Part shown: positions 27,443 to 36,482 of the stretch, one piece after another | Layout: each line of letters opens with the position of its first letter | Position numbering within the stretch: the first letter of the stretch is position 1 | Source: an uncultured Gammaproteobacteria bacterium | Lineage (GTDB): Bacteria; Patescibacteriota; Patescibacteriia; VMEV01; CAYQCH01 | DNA length: 64,000 bases | Assembly (NCBI GenBank): GCA_964503955.1 | Contig: CAZDCG010000002.1 | Location: 141,047 to 205,046 of the forward strand | Reading direction: 5' to 3' | The notes under the pieces: generated by a model | Seen by the model: only the letters and a program-made list of their open reading frames with translations | Told to the model about the DNA's origin: nothing | Databases searched by the model: none | Position numbers and translations under genes: made by a program

Positions 27443-27628
27443 ATGAGCCCGGTTGAACCGTACGATGCGGGTGTGATCGTTTTCGGATTCGGTCTGGTAT
27501 TTCTCGGCTTCATCATTGTCGTGGTCTGTCCGGTCGCGATCAAGATCCTTCGGGAATGGTCGGACATAGACATTCACTACGGCAAGCCGCAGGCCCAGAT
27601 CAAGAGCGACACCTACAACTTCAAGTGA
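27443..27628 (+). CDS. Small single-TM hypothetical protein
   Basis: SD AGGAGG, 61 aa, one hydrophobic helix. Confidence 0.55.
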   Translation: MSPVEPYDAGVIVFGFGLVFLGFIIVVVCPVAIKILREWSDIDIHYGKPQAQIKSDTYNFK

Positions 27629-27789
27629 GGTATGGCGTGCGAACGCTCTGCTTCAAGCTCCCATCATTGCCAAAGGAAGGCTCTCCTAAAGAAGATTGAG
27701 CCAAACCGCGCAGGATGGGAGCTTCGCTTTACCTTGACAGAAGCATGGCTCTGTCATAGTTTGAGACCGCCGAGAAAGGAGCAGGCTTC

Positions 27790-28095
27790 ATGGCTGTTGA
27801 AATGAAGACGCTGCTCACGATCGGGCAGCAAAATTACTTTCTTCGTGTTCTTTTTACGGTTCGCGATGATCTCAAGACCTCGGTCTGCTACCACTGCGAG
27901 GGAGAGAACGGCGCTCTGCTGCTGGCCACGGTTGAGGCCCTTTGGTTTGAAGGGCGCAGGCAGGAGCTAACCTCGGAAGCTTTTCAAATAGTGGACGAAG
28001 AATTGTACCGTCTTGGTTGGAGCTGGGTGCATATCTGCATCCACTGCTATGACGAGTGCATGGGGCGGATCAAACAGAAAGAGACGCTGCGCTAG
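27790..28095 (+). CDS. Hypothetical CxxC...CxxC protein
   Basis: SD AAGGAG; CYHC and CIHC; promoter-like TTGACA at 27734. Confidence 0.6.
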   Translation: MAVEMKTLLTIGQQNYFLRVLFTVRDDLKTSVCYHCEGENGALLLATVEALWFEGRRQELTSEAFQIVDEELYRLGWSWVHICIHCYDECMGRIKQKETLR

Positions 28096-28103
28096 GAGGA
28101 CGC

Positions 28104-28388
28104 ATGGAAATCCACCGCGATGGAAAGTTTTCCATTCCCGCCGAGGTTCGCACCGCCGGATCGACCTACCATTTGCGCGTACAACTTCGGCTTAACTCGC
28201 GATTGAGCGGGCAGTGCGCCAAGTGCTCGGAGATAGGCGTCGGCCAGATCCTGGTCGAATCATTCGCACCGGAGGGGAAAGCCCCCCGTTACCACACGGC
28301 GCAGAATATTCTCCGTACGCTGCGCGAGCGGTATTATCACCAGCAGATTCTTTGCCAGCTCTGTCTGGAGGTGATGCCATCAACCTGA
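28104..28388 (+). CDS. Hypothetical CxxC...CxxC protein, probable paralog of the upstream gene
   Basis: SD AGGAGG; CAKC and CQLC. Confidence 0.6.
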   Translation: MEIHRDGKFSIPAEVRTAGSTYHLRVQLRLNSRLSGQCAKCSEIGVGQILVESFAPEGKAPRYHTAQNILRTLRERYYHQQILCQLCLEVMPST

Positions 28389-28397
28389 AACAGGAGG

Positions 28398-28430
28398 ACT
28401 CTCCCACAAGGCCACGGTTTTGTGGGAGTT
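28398..28430. terminator. Bidirectional terminator-like hairpin between convergent genes
   Basis: CTCCCACAAGGCC...GGTTTTGTGGGAG. Confidence 0.5.
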
Positions 28431-28435
28431 GTCGT

Positions 28436-29035
28436 TTAAAGCTCGGTTCGGCCTTTAATCGCTTTTGCAAGTGTCACCTCGTCCGCATATTCCACCACAG
28501 ATCCCATTGGCAATCCCTGGGCCAGGCGTGAAAGTTTTACCGGGTGATGTTTGAATAATTTTTGCAAATAGAGAACAGTGGCCTCGCCTTCATAATCAGA
28601 GTCAAAGGCCAGAATAAGTTCGTTGACGCGTCCTTGCTCAACGCGGTCAGCCAGCTGCTTGATATTGAGCAAGTCCGGGGTAATCCCCTCAAGAGGATTG
28701 AGCGTCCCGCCAAGCACATGGTAAACGCCGCTAAACTCGCCGCTATGTTCAATGGCTGCTAAATCATGGTTTTCAGAAACAATACAAATGACCGAGGTGT
28801 CGCGCTCCGGATTTCTGCAGATTTCACAGAGTTCCTGCTGCGTGAAATTCTGGCAGATGCGGCAGAAACGGAGGGTATCATGCAATTCCAGCAATGCTTC
28901 GCTAAAACCCTTGAGGTATTCTTTCTGTTGTTTCAGCAGGAAAAAGACCAGTTTCTCAGCGGTTTTTGGGCCGATACCGGGAAGCCGGTCGAAATAGTCA
29001 ATGAGGGTTTTTATGGCATCAGGGAAGCGTAGCAT
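28436..29035 (-). CDS. recR: Recombination mediator RecR
   Basis: LPGIGPKTA, C4 zinc finger, YHVLGG, EGEAT, EYADEVTL. Confidence 0.96.
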   Translation of the reverse strand: MLRFPDAIKTLIDYFDRLPGIGPKTAEKLVFFLLKQQKEYLKGFSEALLELHDTLRFCRICQNFTQQELCEICRNPERDTSVICIVSENHDLAAIEHSGEFSGVYHVLGGTLNPLEGITPDLLNIKQLADRVEQGRVNELILAFDSDYEGEATVLYLQKLFKHHPVKLSRLAQGLPMGSVVEYADEVTLAKAIKGRTEL

Positions 29036-29042
29036 AAAGAAA

Positions 29043-29137
29043 CGTTACCAAATGCACCAAACGAGCCAAATGTTGCCAGATCCTGCAAAGAAGATTGTTT
29101 GGTAACATTTGTTCTATTCGGCTCGTTTGGCAACGCT
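29043..29137. repeat. Inverted arrays of degenerate 9-mer (same family as 12375-12472)
   Basis: CGTTACCAAATGCACCAAACGAGCCAAATGTTGCCAGAT facing TTTGGTAACATTTG...GGCTCGTTTGGCAACG. Confidence 0.7.
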
Positions 29138-29425
29138 TTAAGACAAGCCGGGTAAATCAAAATCACCCATTTTCTGAAGCTTCATTGCCATGGCTTTTTG
29201 CGCCTTCTTGATGGTTTCATTGATGGCATCGGCAATAGCTTGTTCAAGCTTGGTTTTGTTCTCCAGGGCATTGTCTGAAATCATCACCGCATGCACTTTC
29301 TGGTTGCCGTCCATTTTAATCGTCACGCCGCCTGAGGTGTGCTCGATCATTTCTTCAGCCAGTTTTGACTGGATTTCTTTTGCTTTGTCTCGGAGGTCTT
29401 TGATCTGCTTCAATTTATTGAACAT
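29138..29425 (-). CDS. ybaB: YbaB/EbfC nucleoid-associated protein
   Basis: Q.KL......GGV.I.MDG.Q.V..V.I......LE..I.DAIN; adjacent to recR. Confidence 0.9.
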   Translation of the reverse strand: MFNKLKQIKDLRDKAKEIQSKLAEEMIEHTSGGVTIKMDGNQKVHAVMISDNALENKTKLEQAIADAINETIKKAQKAMAMKLQKMGDFDLPGLS

Positions 29426-29434
29426 AATCCTCAT

Positions 29435-29510
29435 GTTAACGAGTTAACGTGTTAAAGCGTTAACGGGCTGGGTTGCAACTCGTTAACGCGTGAACTCGTT
29501 AGCACATTAA
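29435..29510. repeat. Inverted 8-mer arrays (GTTAACG family)
   Basis: GTTAACGAGTTAACGTGTTAAAGCGTTAACG ... CTCGTTAACGCGTGAACTCGTTAGCACATTAA. Confidence 0.7.
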
Positions 29511-30923
29511 CTAAAATTTCGGCAGATCAATCGCTGGTCCTGCTGCAGGCGGCAGAGGAGGTGGAGCAGGAGCTTCAAGGTGGCGCTTTTCAAGATTGCG
29601 GAAGCTAACGCGTGCGCCGTCGAAAAACACCTTTACCACGCCGGTCGGACCGTTTCGATGCTTGGACACGTGGATTTCACCAAGATTCTTTTCTTCTGGT
29701 GTAAGCTCTTCAGGGCGGTAATTGCGGTCGGCCGCTTTGCGGTAAATGAACATCACAATATCCGCGTCTTGTTCAATGGAACCTGATTCACGCAAATGAG
29801 AAAGCTTTGGAATAGCCGGCTTTGTCTGCTCCACGGCGCGGGAGAGCTGGGATAGGGCGATAATAGGAATATTCAGCTCGCGGGCGATTTGCTTGAGCGC
29901 GCGGCTGATTTCAGAGATTTCCTGCGTACGGTTCTCTTTGCTGCGGCCTTCCATAAGCTGCAGGTAATCGACAATCAGCAATCCAAGGCCATGCTCAGTT
30001 TGCAGGCGTCGAGCCTTCGTGCGGATTTCCATGATATTGGCCGAAGCATTGTCGTCGATAAAGATCGGCGCCTCAGAGAGGATTCCCATGGCATTGCCAA
30101 GCCTCGGGAAGTCGTCCGAATCCGGGCGGTCTGAAAGTTTGCCGGTGCGCATGCGCCACAGATCAATGCCCGCCTCAGAGCAGAGAAGGCGGTCTACCAA
30201 TTGTTCCTTACTCATTTCAAGGCTGAAAATTCCAACAGGTATTTTTTCTTTTACCGCGATATGGCGGGCAAAATCGAGCGCGATGGTTGTTTTTCCAACG
30301 GAAGGGCGGGCGGCAAGGATAATAAGATCGGATTTTTGAAAACCGGCCAGCAGGTTATCAAGGTCTTTAAACCCGGTTGGCACGCCGCGAACCTTGCCGC
30401 CTTCGCGGTGCAGCAAGTCGATCCGTTCAAAAGCTTCATGGAGAATCTCCTTTACGGGAGAAAAGTTTTGCTTAAGGTAGTTTTGTGAAACCGCGAAAAT
30501 GGATTGTTCCGCTTTATCGAGCAATTCGTCAACATCGCCGTCTTCCTGGAAGGAGAGCTCGCTGATTTCGGCTGCCGCGGCTTGCAGGCGGCGCAGGCTT
30601 GCTTTCTTCTGGATAATATCTGCGTAGTGTTTGACATGCCCGGAAGAGGGGACCATGCCCGCCAGCCCCGAAAGAAAAGCGCGCCCGCCGATTTTTTCCA
30701 GCTTTCCTCGTTCCTCCAATTTGTTTGAGAGGGTAAGCAGGTCGATGGGTTCCTGGTCAGCGTAAAGGTCAAGCATGGCTTCATAGACTTCGCCATGCTG
30801 GGGCCGGTAAAAGTCTTCCGAGCGCAAAGAATCGGCAACTTTAATCATCGCGTTTTTGTCGATAAGCAAAGCGCCCAAAATGGATTCTTCGGCTTCCAGA
30901 TTATGTGGGGGAACACGGTTCAT
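29511..30923 (-). CDS. dnaB: Replicative DNA helicase
   Basis: PPHNLEAE, AARPSVGKT, FSLEMS, DYLQLM, LSQLSR, LRESGSIEQDAD, KHRNGPTG; no intein. Confidence 0.97.
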   Translation of the reverse strand: MNRVPPHNLEAEESILGALLIDKNAMIKVADSLRSEDFYRPQHGEVYEAMLDLYADQEPIDLLTLSNKLEERGKLEKIGGRAFLSGLAGMVPSSGHVKHYADIIQKKASLRRLQAAAAEISELSFQEDGDVDELLDKAEQSIFAVSQNYLKQNFSPVKEILHEAFERIDLLHREGGKVRGVPTGFKDLDNLLAGFQKSDLIILAARPSVGKTTIALDFARHIAVKEKIPVGIFSLEMSKEQLVDRLLCSEAGIDLWRMRTGKLSDRPDSDDFPRLGNAMGILSEAPIFIDDNASANIMEIRTKARRLQTEHGLGLLIVDYLQLMEGRSKENRTQEISEISRALKQIARELNIPIIALSQLSRAVEQTKPAIPKLSHLRESGSIEQDADIVMFIYRKAADRNYRPEELTPEEKNLGEIHVSKHRNGPTGVVKVFFDGARVSFRNLEKRHLEAPAPPPLPPAAGPAIDLPKF

Positions 30924-31052
30924 AAGTTCGTAAACGGCCCAAATGTACCAGATGGTATCAAACGTTGCCAGACAGTGATTGGATCGTTATTTTAGCGCAA
31001 TGGCAAGAGGAATTCAATGCTGATATTGATCACAGGAAATGCACAATTTTAC

Positions 31053-31080
31053 GTAGCGACGTAATGCATTACGCCGCTAT
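31053..31080. repeat. GTAG-type REP-like palindrome
   Basis: GTAGCGACGTAATGCATTACGCCGCTAT. Confidence 0.5.
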
Positions 31081-31096
31081 GTATTGGAATTCTGCT

Positions 31097-31355
31097 TGTT
31101 CCATGCAAAAAGCCTTCAACGTTGTGAAGGCTTCTTACATGGTGGGTCGGCTGGGGATCTCACGCGCCCTGGCGGGTTTTCCATAGGGCTTCCGCCCTCT
31201 GGCGCTCCTCATTTCATTCGTCGCTGTCACCCCGAATCTGGGGGAATGCTTCCCCCAACACCCCCTGGTTCGATCTCTGGAGGGATGATGCCTGTTCCAT
31301 GCAAAAAGCCTTCAACGTTGTGAAGGCTTCTTACATGGTGGGTCGGCTGGGGATC
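31097..31355. repeat. 63-bp direct repeat of the tRNA-Lys 3' end plus terminator
   Basis: 31097-31159 is identical to 31293-31355. Confidence 0.9.
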
Positions 31356-31411
31356 GAACCCAGGACCATCAGCTTAAAAGGCTGCTGCTCTACCGACTGA
31401 GCTACCGACCC
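31336..31411 (-). tRNA. tRNA-Lys(UUU)
   Basis: Reverse complement GGGTCGGTAGCTCAGTCGGTAGAGCAGCAGCCTTTTAAGCTGATGGTCCTGGGTTCGATCCCCAGCCGACCCACCA: cloverleaf, anticodon TTT, encoded CCA. Confidence 0.96.
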
Positions 31412-31642
31412 TTGATGAAACCATATCTTCAGCACATTGCTTTATCTGAGGCAGGAACTTCTGCTTTTCGCGCAAGATGCATGATAGGCGATTTGGAGGA
31501 GAAAGAATCAGTCAAAAAAACGACGCTATGCTGGAGAAGCAAAGCGTGTATATACGGTAACAAAAAAAGCCTTCTTTTGCAAGCTCGGCTGCGCCGGCGG
31601 GACATTCATGTATAATGCCTCTTAACAGGAAAAGGAGGATTT

Positions 31643-31873
31643 GTGAGCATTGTTTTTGATCGCATGCATGTGGTCCTTCATCTGCTGTTTACTAAGCCGC
31701 TGACGGCAGACATGCTCATTCATCGCGGCGTTGAGGGTGCGGAACTGTCTTTGCTGCTTGATCGCATGGAGGGGGAACAGCTCATCCGTTCATTTCCGCA
31801 GCAAGGAGAAATCTTCTGGACGCTGACAAGAACCGGCCGGGCAATTGTCCATGGCCTGCAGGTACCATACTGA
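31643..31873 (+). CDS. Small hypothetical protein, winged-helix-like
   Basis: SD AAGGAGG and GTG start; LL..ME.E.LI.........W.LT..G pattern. Confidence 0.5.
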   Translation: MSIVFDRMHVVLHLLFTKPLTADMLIHRGVEGAELSLLLDRMEGEQLIRSFPQQGEIFWTLTRTGRAIVHGLQVPY

Positions 31874-31945
31874 GGGAGGCGGTGTGGTACTTTTCGTTTG
31901 CAAAGATCAAATATGATCTGGACCATGTGCTACAATAAAAAAGCT

Positions 31946-34654
31946 ATGTCCGAACAGAATAAACAAAAATGGTATCAGCTCGATACCGAGGATGTGCTTG
32001 AGCGGCTTGGATCCCGTCTTGAGGGTTTGTCTTCGGCCGAGGTAGAGGAACGAAGGCAGGTACATGGATTTAATATGCTGCCTGAGCAGCCGCCGGTTCC
32101 CTTGATCAAGCTGCTTGCCAACCAGGTGAAAAGCCCTCTGGTGTATATTTTGCTGGTTGCAGCTGCAATCAGTTTATTTGTCGGAGAAATGGTGGATGTG
32201 ATTGTTATTTTAGCTGCGGTCATTTTGAACACGGTTATCGGGCTTTGGCAGGAATATAAGGCGGACAGAGCTATTCACCGCCTACGAGCTCTTGTGCAGC
32301 ATCAAGTGACGGTTCTGCGCGATGGCAGGGAGCAGCGCATTTTGGCAAAACAGCTGGTTCCAGGCGATATTCTGCTTTTTGAAGCAGGCGATAAAATCAG
32401 CGCCGATGGAAGGATTCTTGAGGAAAAGAATTTGAAAATGAACGAAGCCAGTCTGACGGGAGAATCATTTCCTGTTGATAAATCCGTCAATTCTTTGCCT
32501 TCGGAGCATAGCGTGGGAGACCGGGCAAATATGGTGCATACCGGAACGACGGTGGCATCGGGCAGGGGAATGGCTATTGTGACGAAAACAGGCTTGAACA
32601 CGGAAATTGGACAAATCGCTTCTCTTGTTAAAGATACGATTGATGAGAAGACTCCTTTGCAGATCCAGCTCCTCAATGTTTCTAAATTGCTTACGATCAC
32701 GGTATTGATTGCCGCTGGGATCGTATTTTTGATTGAACTGTTTAGCGGGCTTGAATTGGCTGAGATTTTAGTCACAACCGCGGCTTTGGCGGTCGCAGCG
32801 ATTCCTGAGAGTCTTTTGGTTGCCATGACCCTGGTTCTGGTTGTTGGTATGCAGCGCATTCTGAAGCGGCGAGCGCTTGTTCGCAAGCTGATCGCCGCGG
32901 AAACCCTTGGCTCTGTATCAATCGTGTGTTCAGACAAAACAGGTACGATTACTGAAGGGAAAATGGCGGTTGATCAGCTGCTTGTTGGGGGGAAATTACA
33001 TGACATGAAAGCCGGGCATGGGCATTTGTCTGCCGAAGATGAAGCCCATCATCTCCTGGCGATTAAGACCATGGCCTTATGCAATAATGCGTATATCAAG
33101 AATCCTGAAGACAAGCTTAAGGAATGGGAGATCATCGGTGATTCCACGGATGTCGCTCTGCTTATTGCCGCCGAACAAGCGGGGTTTGAAAAAGAAAAAT
33201 TGCTCCAGGTGTACAGAAGAGTCGGTGAAGTGCCATTCGACGAGGTCTATAAATTCCAGGCTACCCTCTATGAAAAACCAGAAGGCGGTTCCCAGCTTTT
33301 CGTCAAAGGAGCGCCGGAAAATGTGTTATCCATGTGCAATCGTTTTTTGCGTGCAGGCAGGCGATTTTCTATTGATGAGAGACGCAGAAAAGAGCTGCTT
33401 GAAGAATATGAATCCATGACAAGAAAAGGGTTGCGCGTTCTTGCCCTGGCTACGTCCGAGTATCAGAAAAAAACCGCAGTCCGCATGGAGGATTTGCTTG
33501 CCGAATCGAATCCTCCCGCATTTGATGACCTGGTTTTCATCGGCTGGGTGGGGCTGAAAGATCCGGTTCGTTCTGATGCCGCTGAGGCGTTTCAAACCAT
33601 GCGCGGAGCCGGAATCCGCACTGTTATCATCACGGGAGACCATAAATATACGGTGCAGGCCATTGTGCGCGAGCTTGGTATGACGGTCCCGGATGAACGG
33701 ATCCTTACCGGCAGAGCTATTGAAACCATGTCGGACGATGAACTTGAGGCCCGAGTGCAAAGCATTGATATTTTCGCCCGCGTGGAGCCAAAGCATAAAT
33801 TGAGAATCGTGCAGGCGTGGAGAAAACAAGGAGAGGTCGTGGCCATGCTTGGCGACGGTGTGAATGATGCTCCTGCGCTTAAAGCCGCGGACATAGGGAT
33901 TGCCGTGGGGGATGCCACGGACGTCGCGAAAGAAACCTCGGACATGATCCTGCTCAATGGAAATTTTTCTGTCATTGAAGCGGCCATTCGCGAAGGGCGC
34001 GTCATGTTCGACAATATCCGCAAAATTTTTCTGTATCTGATGTCTGATAGTTTCACCGAAATCATTTTAATAACCTTGGCTCTGCTTCTTGGCTATCCGC
34101 TGCCTTTGGTAGCCGTGCAAATTCTTTGGATCAATTTGATCTCAGACGGCCTTCCAAACCTCGCTTTGACGCTTGAACCGGCTGAACGCGATGTGATGAG
34201 CTATCCGCCGCGAAGAAAAGAGGAGCGCATCGTCAACAAAGAAATCTTGTTCATGATCGGGCTGATCACTGCCATGGCGGTCACGGCTGCTCTGAGTCTC
34301 TTCATCCTTTACTTAGCAAAAACAGGCGATCTTCTTTATGCAAGGACCATGGTATTCTGCATGTTCGCGGTGGACTCGATTATCTACGTATTCAGCATCA
34401 AAACACTCCGCCAGCCGATCTGGAAAAGCAACCTCCTTTCTAACAAGCTTCTTCTGGCGGCTGTCGGCTTCTCATTGTCAGCACAAATCTTCTTTGTGCA
34501 AACGCCTGTGCTTGGCAATTTCTTGAAAACCATTCCGCTGCGATGGGAAGACTGGGCGCTGATCTTCGCAATCGGCTTAACGGAATTGATGGTCCGCGAA
34601 ATCGTCAAATGGCTTTACTGGCATAATCGTACGCGCCGCGCGCAATTTGCTTGA
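31946..34654 (+). CDS. Cation-transporting P-type ATPase (P2A, Ca2+-type)
   Basis: TGES, IPESL, CSDKTGT, KGAPE, TGD, GDGVNDAPALK, WINLISDGLP. Confidence 0.95.
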   Translation: MSEQNKQKWYQLDTEDVLERLGSRLEGLSSAEVEERRQVHGFNMLPEQPPVPLIKLLANQVKSPLVYILLVAAAISLFVGEMVDVIVILAAVILNTVIGLWQEYKADRAIHRLRALVQHQVTVLRDGREQRILAKQLVPGDILLFEAGDKISADGRILEEKNLKMNEASLTGESFPVDKSVNSLPSEHSVGDRANMVHTGTTVASGRGMAIVTKTGLNTEIGQIASLVKDTIDEKTPLQIQLLNVSKLLTITVLIAAGIVFLIELFSGLELAEILVTTAALAVAAIPESLLVAMTLVLVVGMQRILKRRALVRKLIAAETLGSVSIVCSDKTGTITEGKMAVDQLLVGGKLHDMKAGHGHLSAEDEAHHLLAIKTMALCNNAYIKNPEDKLKEWEIIGDSTDVALLIAAEQAGFEKEKLLQVYRRVGEVPFDEVYKFQATLYEKPEGGSQLFVKGAPENVLSMCNRFLRAGRRFSIDERRRKELLEEYESMTRKGLRVLALATSEYQKKTAVRMEDLLAESNPPAFDDLVFIGWVGLKDPVRSDAAEAFQTMRGAGIRTVIITGDHKYTVQAIVRELGMTVPDERILTGRAIETMSDDELEARVQSIDIFARVEPKHKLRIVQAWRKQGEVVAMLGDGVNDAPALKAADIGIAVGDATDVAKETSDMILLNGNFSVIEAAIREGRVMFDNIRKIFLYLMSDSFTEIILITLALLLGYPLPLVAVQILWINLISDGLPNLALTLEPAERDVMSYPPRRKEERIVNKEILFMIGLITAMAVTAALSLFILYLAKTGDLLYARTMVFCMFAVDSIIYVFSIKTLRQPIWKSNLLSNKLLLAAVGFSLSAQIFFVQTPVLGNFLKTIPLRWEDWALIFAIGLTELMVREIVKWLYWHNRTRRAQFA

Positions 34655-34656
34655 GT

Positions 34657-35673
34657 ATGGCACTGATTTCAAAAAAATTGATGGAGGTAACGGCCTTGTT
34701 TCCGTTGAATACTGCCGGGCATGACATGATTACGGATATTCCGGTTTTTGAAATCCACTCCAAAGCCGGTGAAGTAAAGGAATATATTTTGGATAAGGCC
34801 AGGAATTACCGAACATTGAATTATGTGTATATCGTGGATGGAGAAGGCCGGCTTGCGGGCGTGCTTTCGATGAAGGAATTGCTTCAGGCGAAATCCAGCT
34901 CCTCTGTGCGCTCAATCATGCAAACGGACCTGGTTTCCGTCACCCCGCTTGATACGATCGCCCGCGTTGCTCTTTTGGCTCTCAAGCATAATGTGAAGAT
35001 GCTTCCGATCGTGGATCATAAAAACCATCTGCTTGGGGCATTTGGGACCGATCAGATTCTTGAAATTCTCAACAAAGAATTCAGCAATGACCTCCTGCGC
35101 CTCTCCGGTGTGACGGTTCCGAAAAAACATTTTTCCTTCCATCGCTGGAAAATCGTGTCGTCCCGGCTTCCATGGATGCTTGTGGGCATGTTCGGAGGGC
35201 TTGCGACAGGGATGATCATCAATGCGTTCAAATCCTCGATTCAGGCCATTATTCTGCTTGCCGTTTTTATCCCTGTCATTATGAGCACGGGAGCAACCTC
35301 AGCCAATCAGTCAGCCATGATTTTCATCCGAAATCTGTTCCATGGAGATATTCATCATCGGACACGCTATCTGCTCAATGAGTTGAAAGTCTCCGGTTTG
35401 CTCGGCCTCATTCTTGGCAGCATGTTATTTCTGCTATTGCTTATCTATCCGGGAGATTACGCCTTATCATTTGCCGTAAGCCTTTCTCTTTCCTTGACCA
35501 TTGTGGCAGGGGCGATTATCGGGGTTCTTACCCCCATGGCATTAAATCGTTTAAAGCTTGATCCATCAATCGGGGCGGGGCCATTTCTGACCATTATCAA
35601 GGATCTGATTGCCATGTCCATTTACTTTGCCGTATCCACGCTCCTGCTATCGCTCTTCGATGTCATTGTATGA
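34657..35673 (+). CDS. mgtE: MgtE-family magnesium transporter (CBS pair plus MgtE TM domain)
   Basis: CBS motifs YVYIVD..G.L.GV and LPIVD; RLPW, FIPVIM, LDP....GPFLTII.D. Confidence 0.85.
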   Translation: MALISKKLMEVTALFPLNTAGHDMITDIPVFEIHSKAGEVKEYILDKARNYRTLNYVYIVDGEGRLAGVLSMKELLQAKSSSSVRSIMQTDLVSVTPLDTIARVALLALKHNVKMLPIVDHKNHLLGAFGTDQILEILNKEFSNDLLRLSGVTVPKKHFSFHRWKIVSSRLPWMLVGMFGGLATGMIINAFKSSIQAIILLAVFIPVIMSTGATSANQSAMIFIRNLFHGDIHHRTRYLLNELKVSGLLGLILGSMLFLLLLIYPGDYALSFAVSLSLSLTIVAGAIIGVLTPMALNRLKLDPSIGAGPFLTIIKDLIAMSIYFAVSTLLLSLFDVIV

Positions 35674-36335
35674 AACGCTTTACGCTCAACAAACTTGGGA
35701 GGCTGGCCGGCAAGGATTTGGCCCAGGTCGTAGCGCTGCTCAGGCGGGGAGAAGCCGTGGTGCTGCCAACTGATACAAGCTATGGTTTGGCCGTGCGGGT
35801 TGATCGGCCGGGCGCACTAAAGAACGCCTTTTCTCTGAAAGGGAGAGCGCGAGCAAAAACCGTATCCATGGCAGTGCGCAGCAAAGCGCAGGCGAATGCG
35901 TATGGCCGCTTCTCAAAAGAGGTTGAGACACTCTGGAAAACGTTTCTTCCCGGACCGTTAACATTGGTACTGCCGTCACGCAAACGCCGTTTTCCCTATG
36001 TGCGAAGGGAAGACGGTACCATCGCGATCCGATATCTGCCCACGCCTTGTGTAAAACAAATCCTCACAAAATTGCCTGTACCGATCTCCATTACCTCCGC
36101 GAACAAATCTGGTATGCAGGACATTTACTCGCATGAGCAATTCCTCAGACAGTATCAACGTGGTAAGCTACCTGCAGCATTTGTGGATGCCGGCCGGCTG
36201 CCAAAGCGCAACCCCTCCACCGTGGTTGCCGTCGCGGGCGGTCGAGTTCAGGTCCTGCGCAAAGGACCGGTCAGCGAGACAGAGATCAACAGAATGCTGC
36301 GAAATTTAACATCTGAAGAAAAGCTCAGAAACTGA
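35670..36335 (+). CDS. tsaC: L-threonylcarbamoyladenylate synthase (TsaC/Sua5 family)
   Basis: PTDTSYGL, LKGR, PGPLTLVL, TSANKSG, PSTVV. Confidence 0.9.
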   Translation: MKRFTLNKLGRLAGKDLAQVVALLRRGEAVVLPTDTSYGLAVRVDRPGALKNAFSLKGRARAKTVSMAVRSKAQANAYGRFSKEVETLWKTFLPGPLTLVLPSRKRRFPYVRREDGTIAIRYLPTPCVKQILTKLPVPISITSANKSGMQDIYSHEQFLRQYQRGKLPAAFVDAGRLPKRNPSTVVAVAGGRVQVLRKGPVSETEINRMLRNLTSEEKLRN

Positions 36336-36482
36336 AAAATGGAAACGCCTGCTTTCACAGCAAACCCTCAAAATCAAAAAAGATAAAAAGCGAAGAAATG
36401 GAAAACCGATGCACAATCAAATCATCTTTTCACCTTTTTCGCTTTTCAGCTTTTTAAGTTCTTGCGTTTTCCGAATCATTGT

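Noticed and set aside
31097-31355. Prophage or integrative element at tRNA-Lys
   Set aside because: Only 133 bp lie between the repeats, with no integrase or phage genes; kept only as a scar or mini-element.
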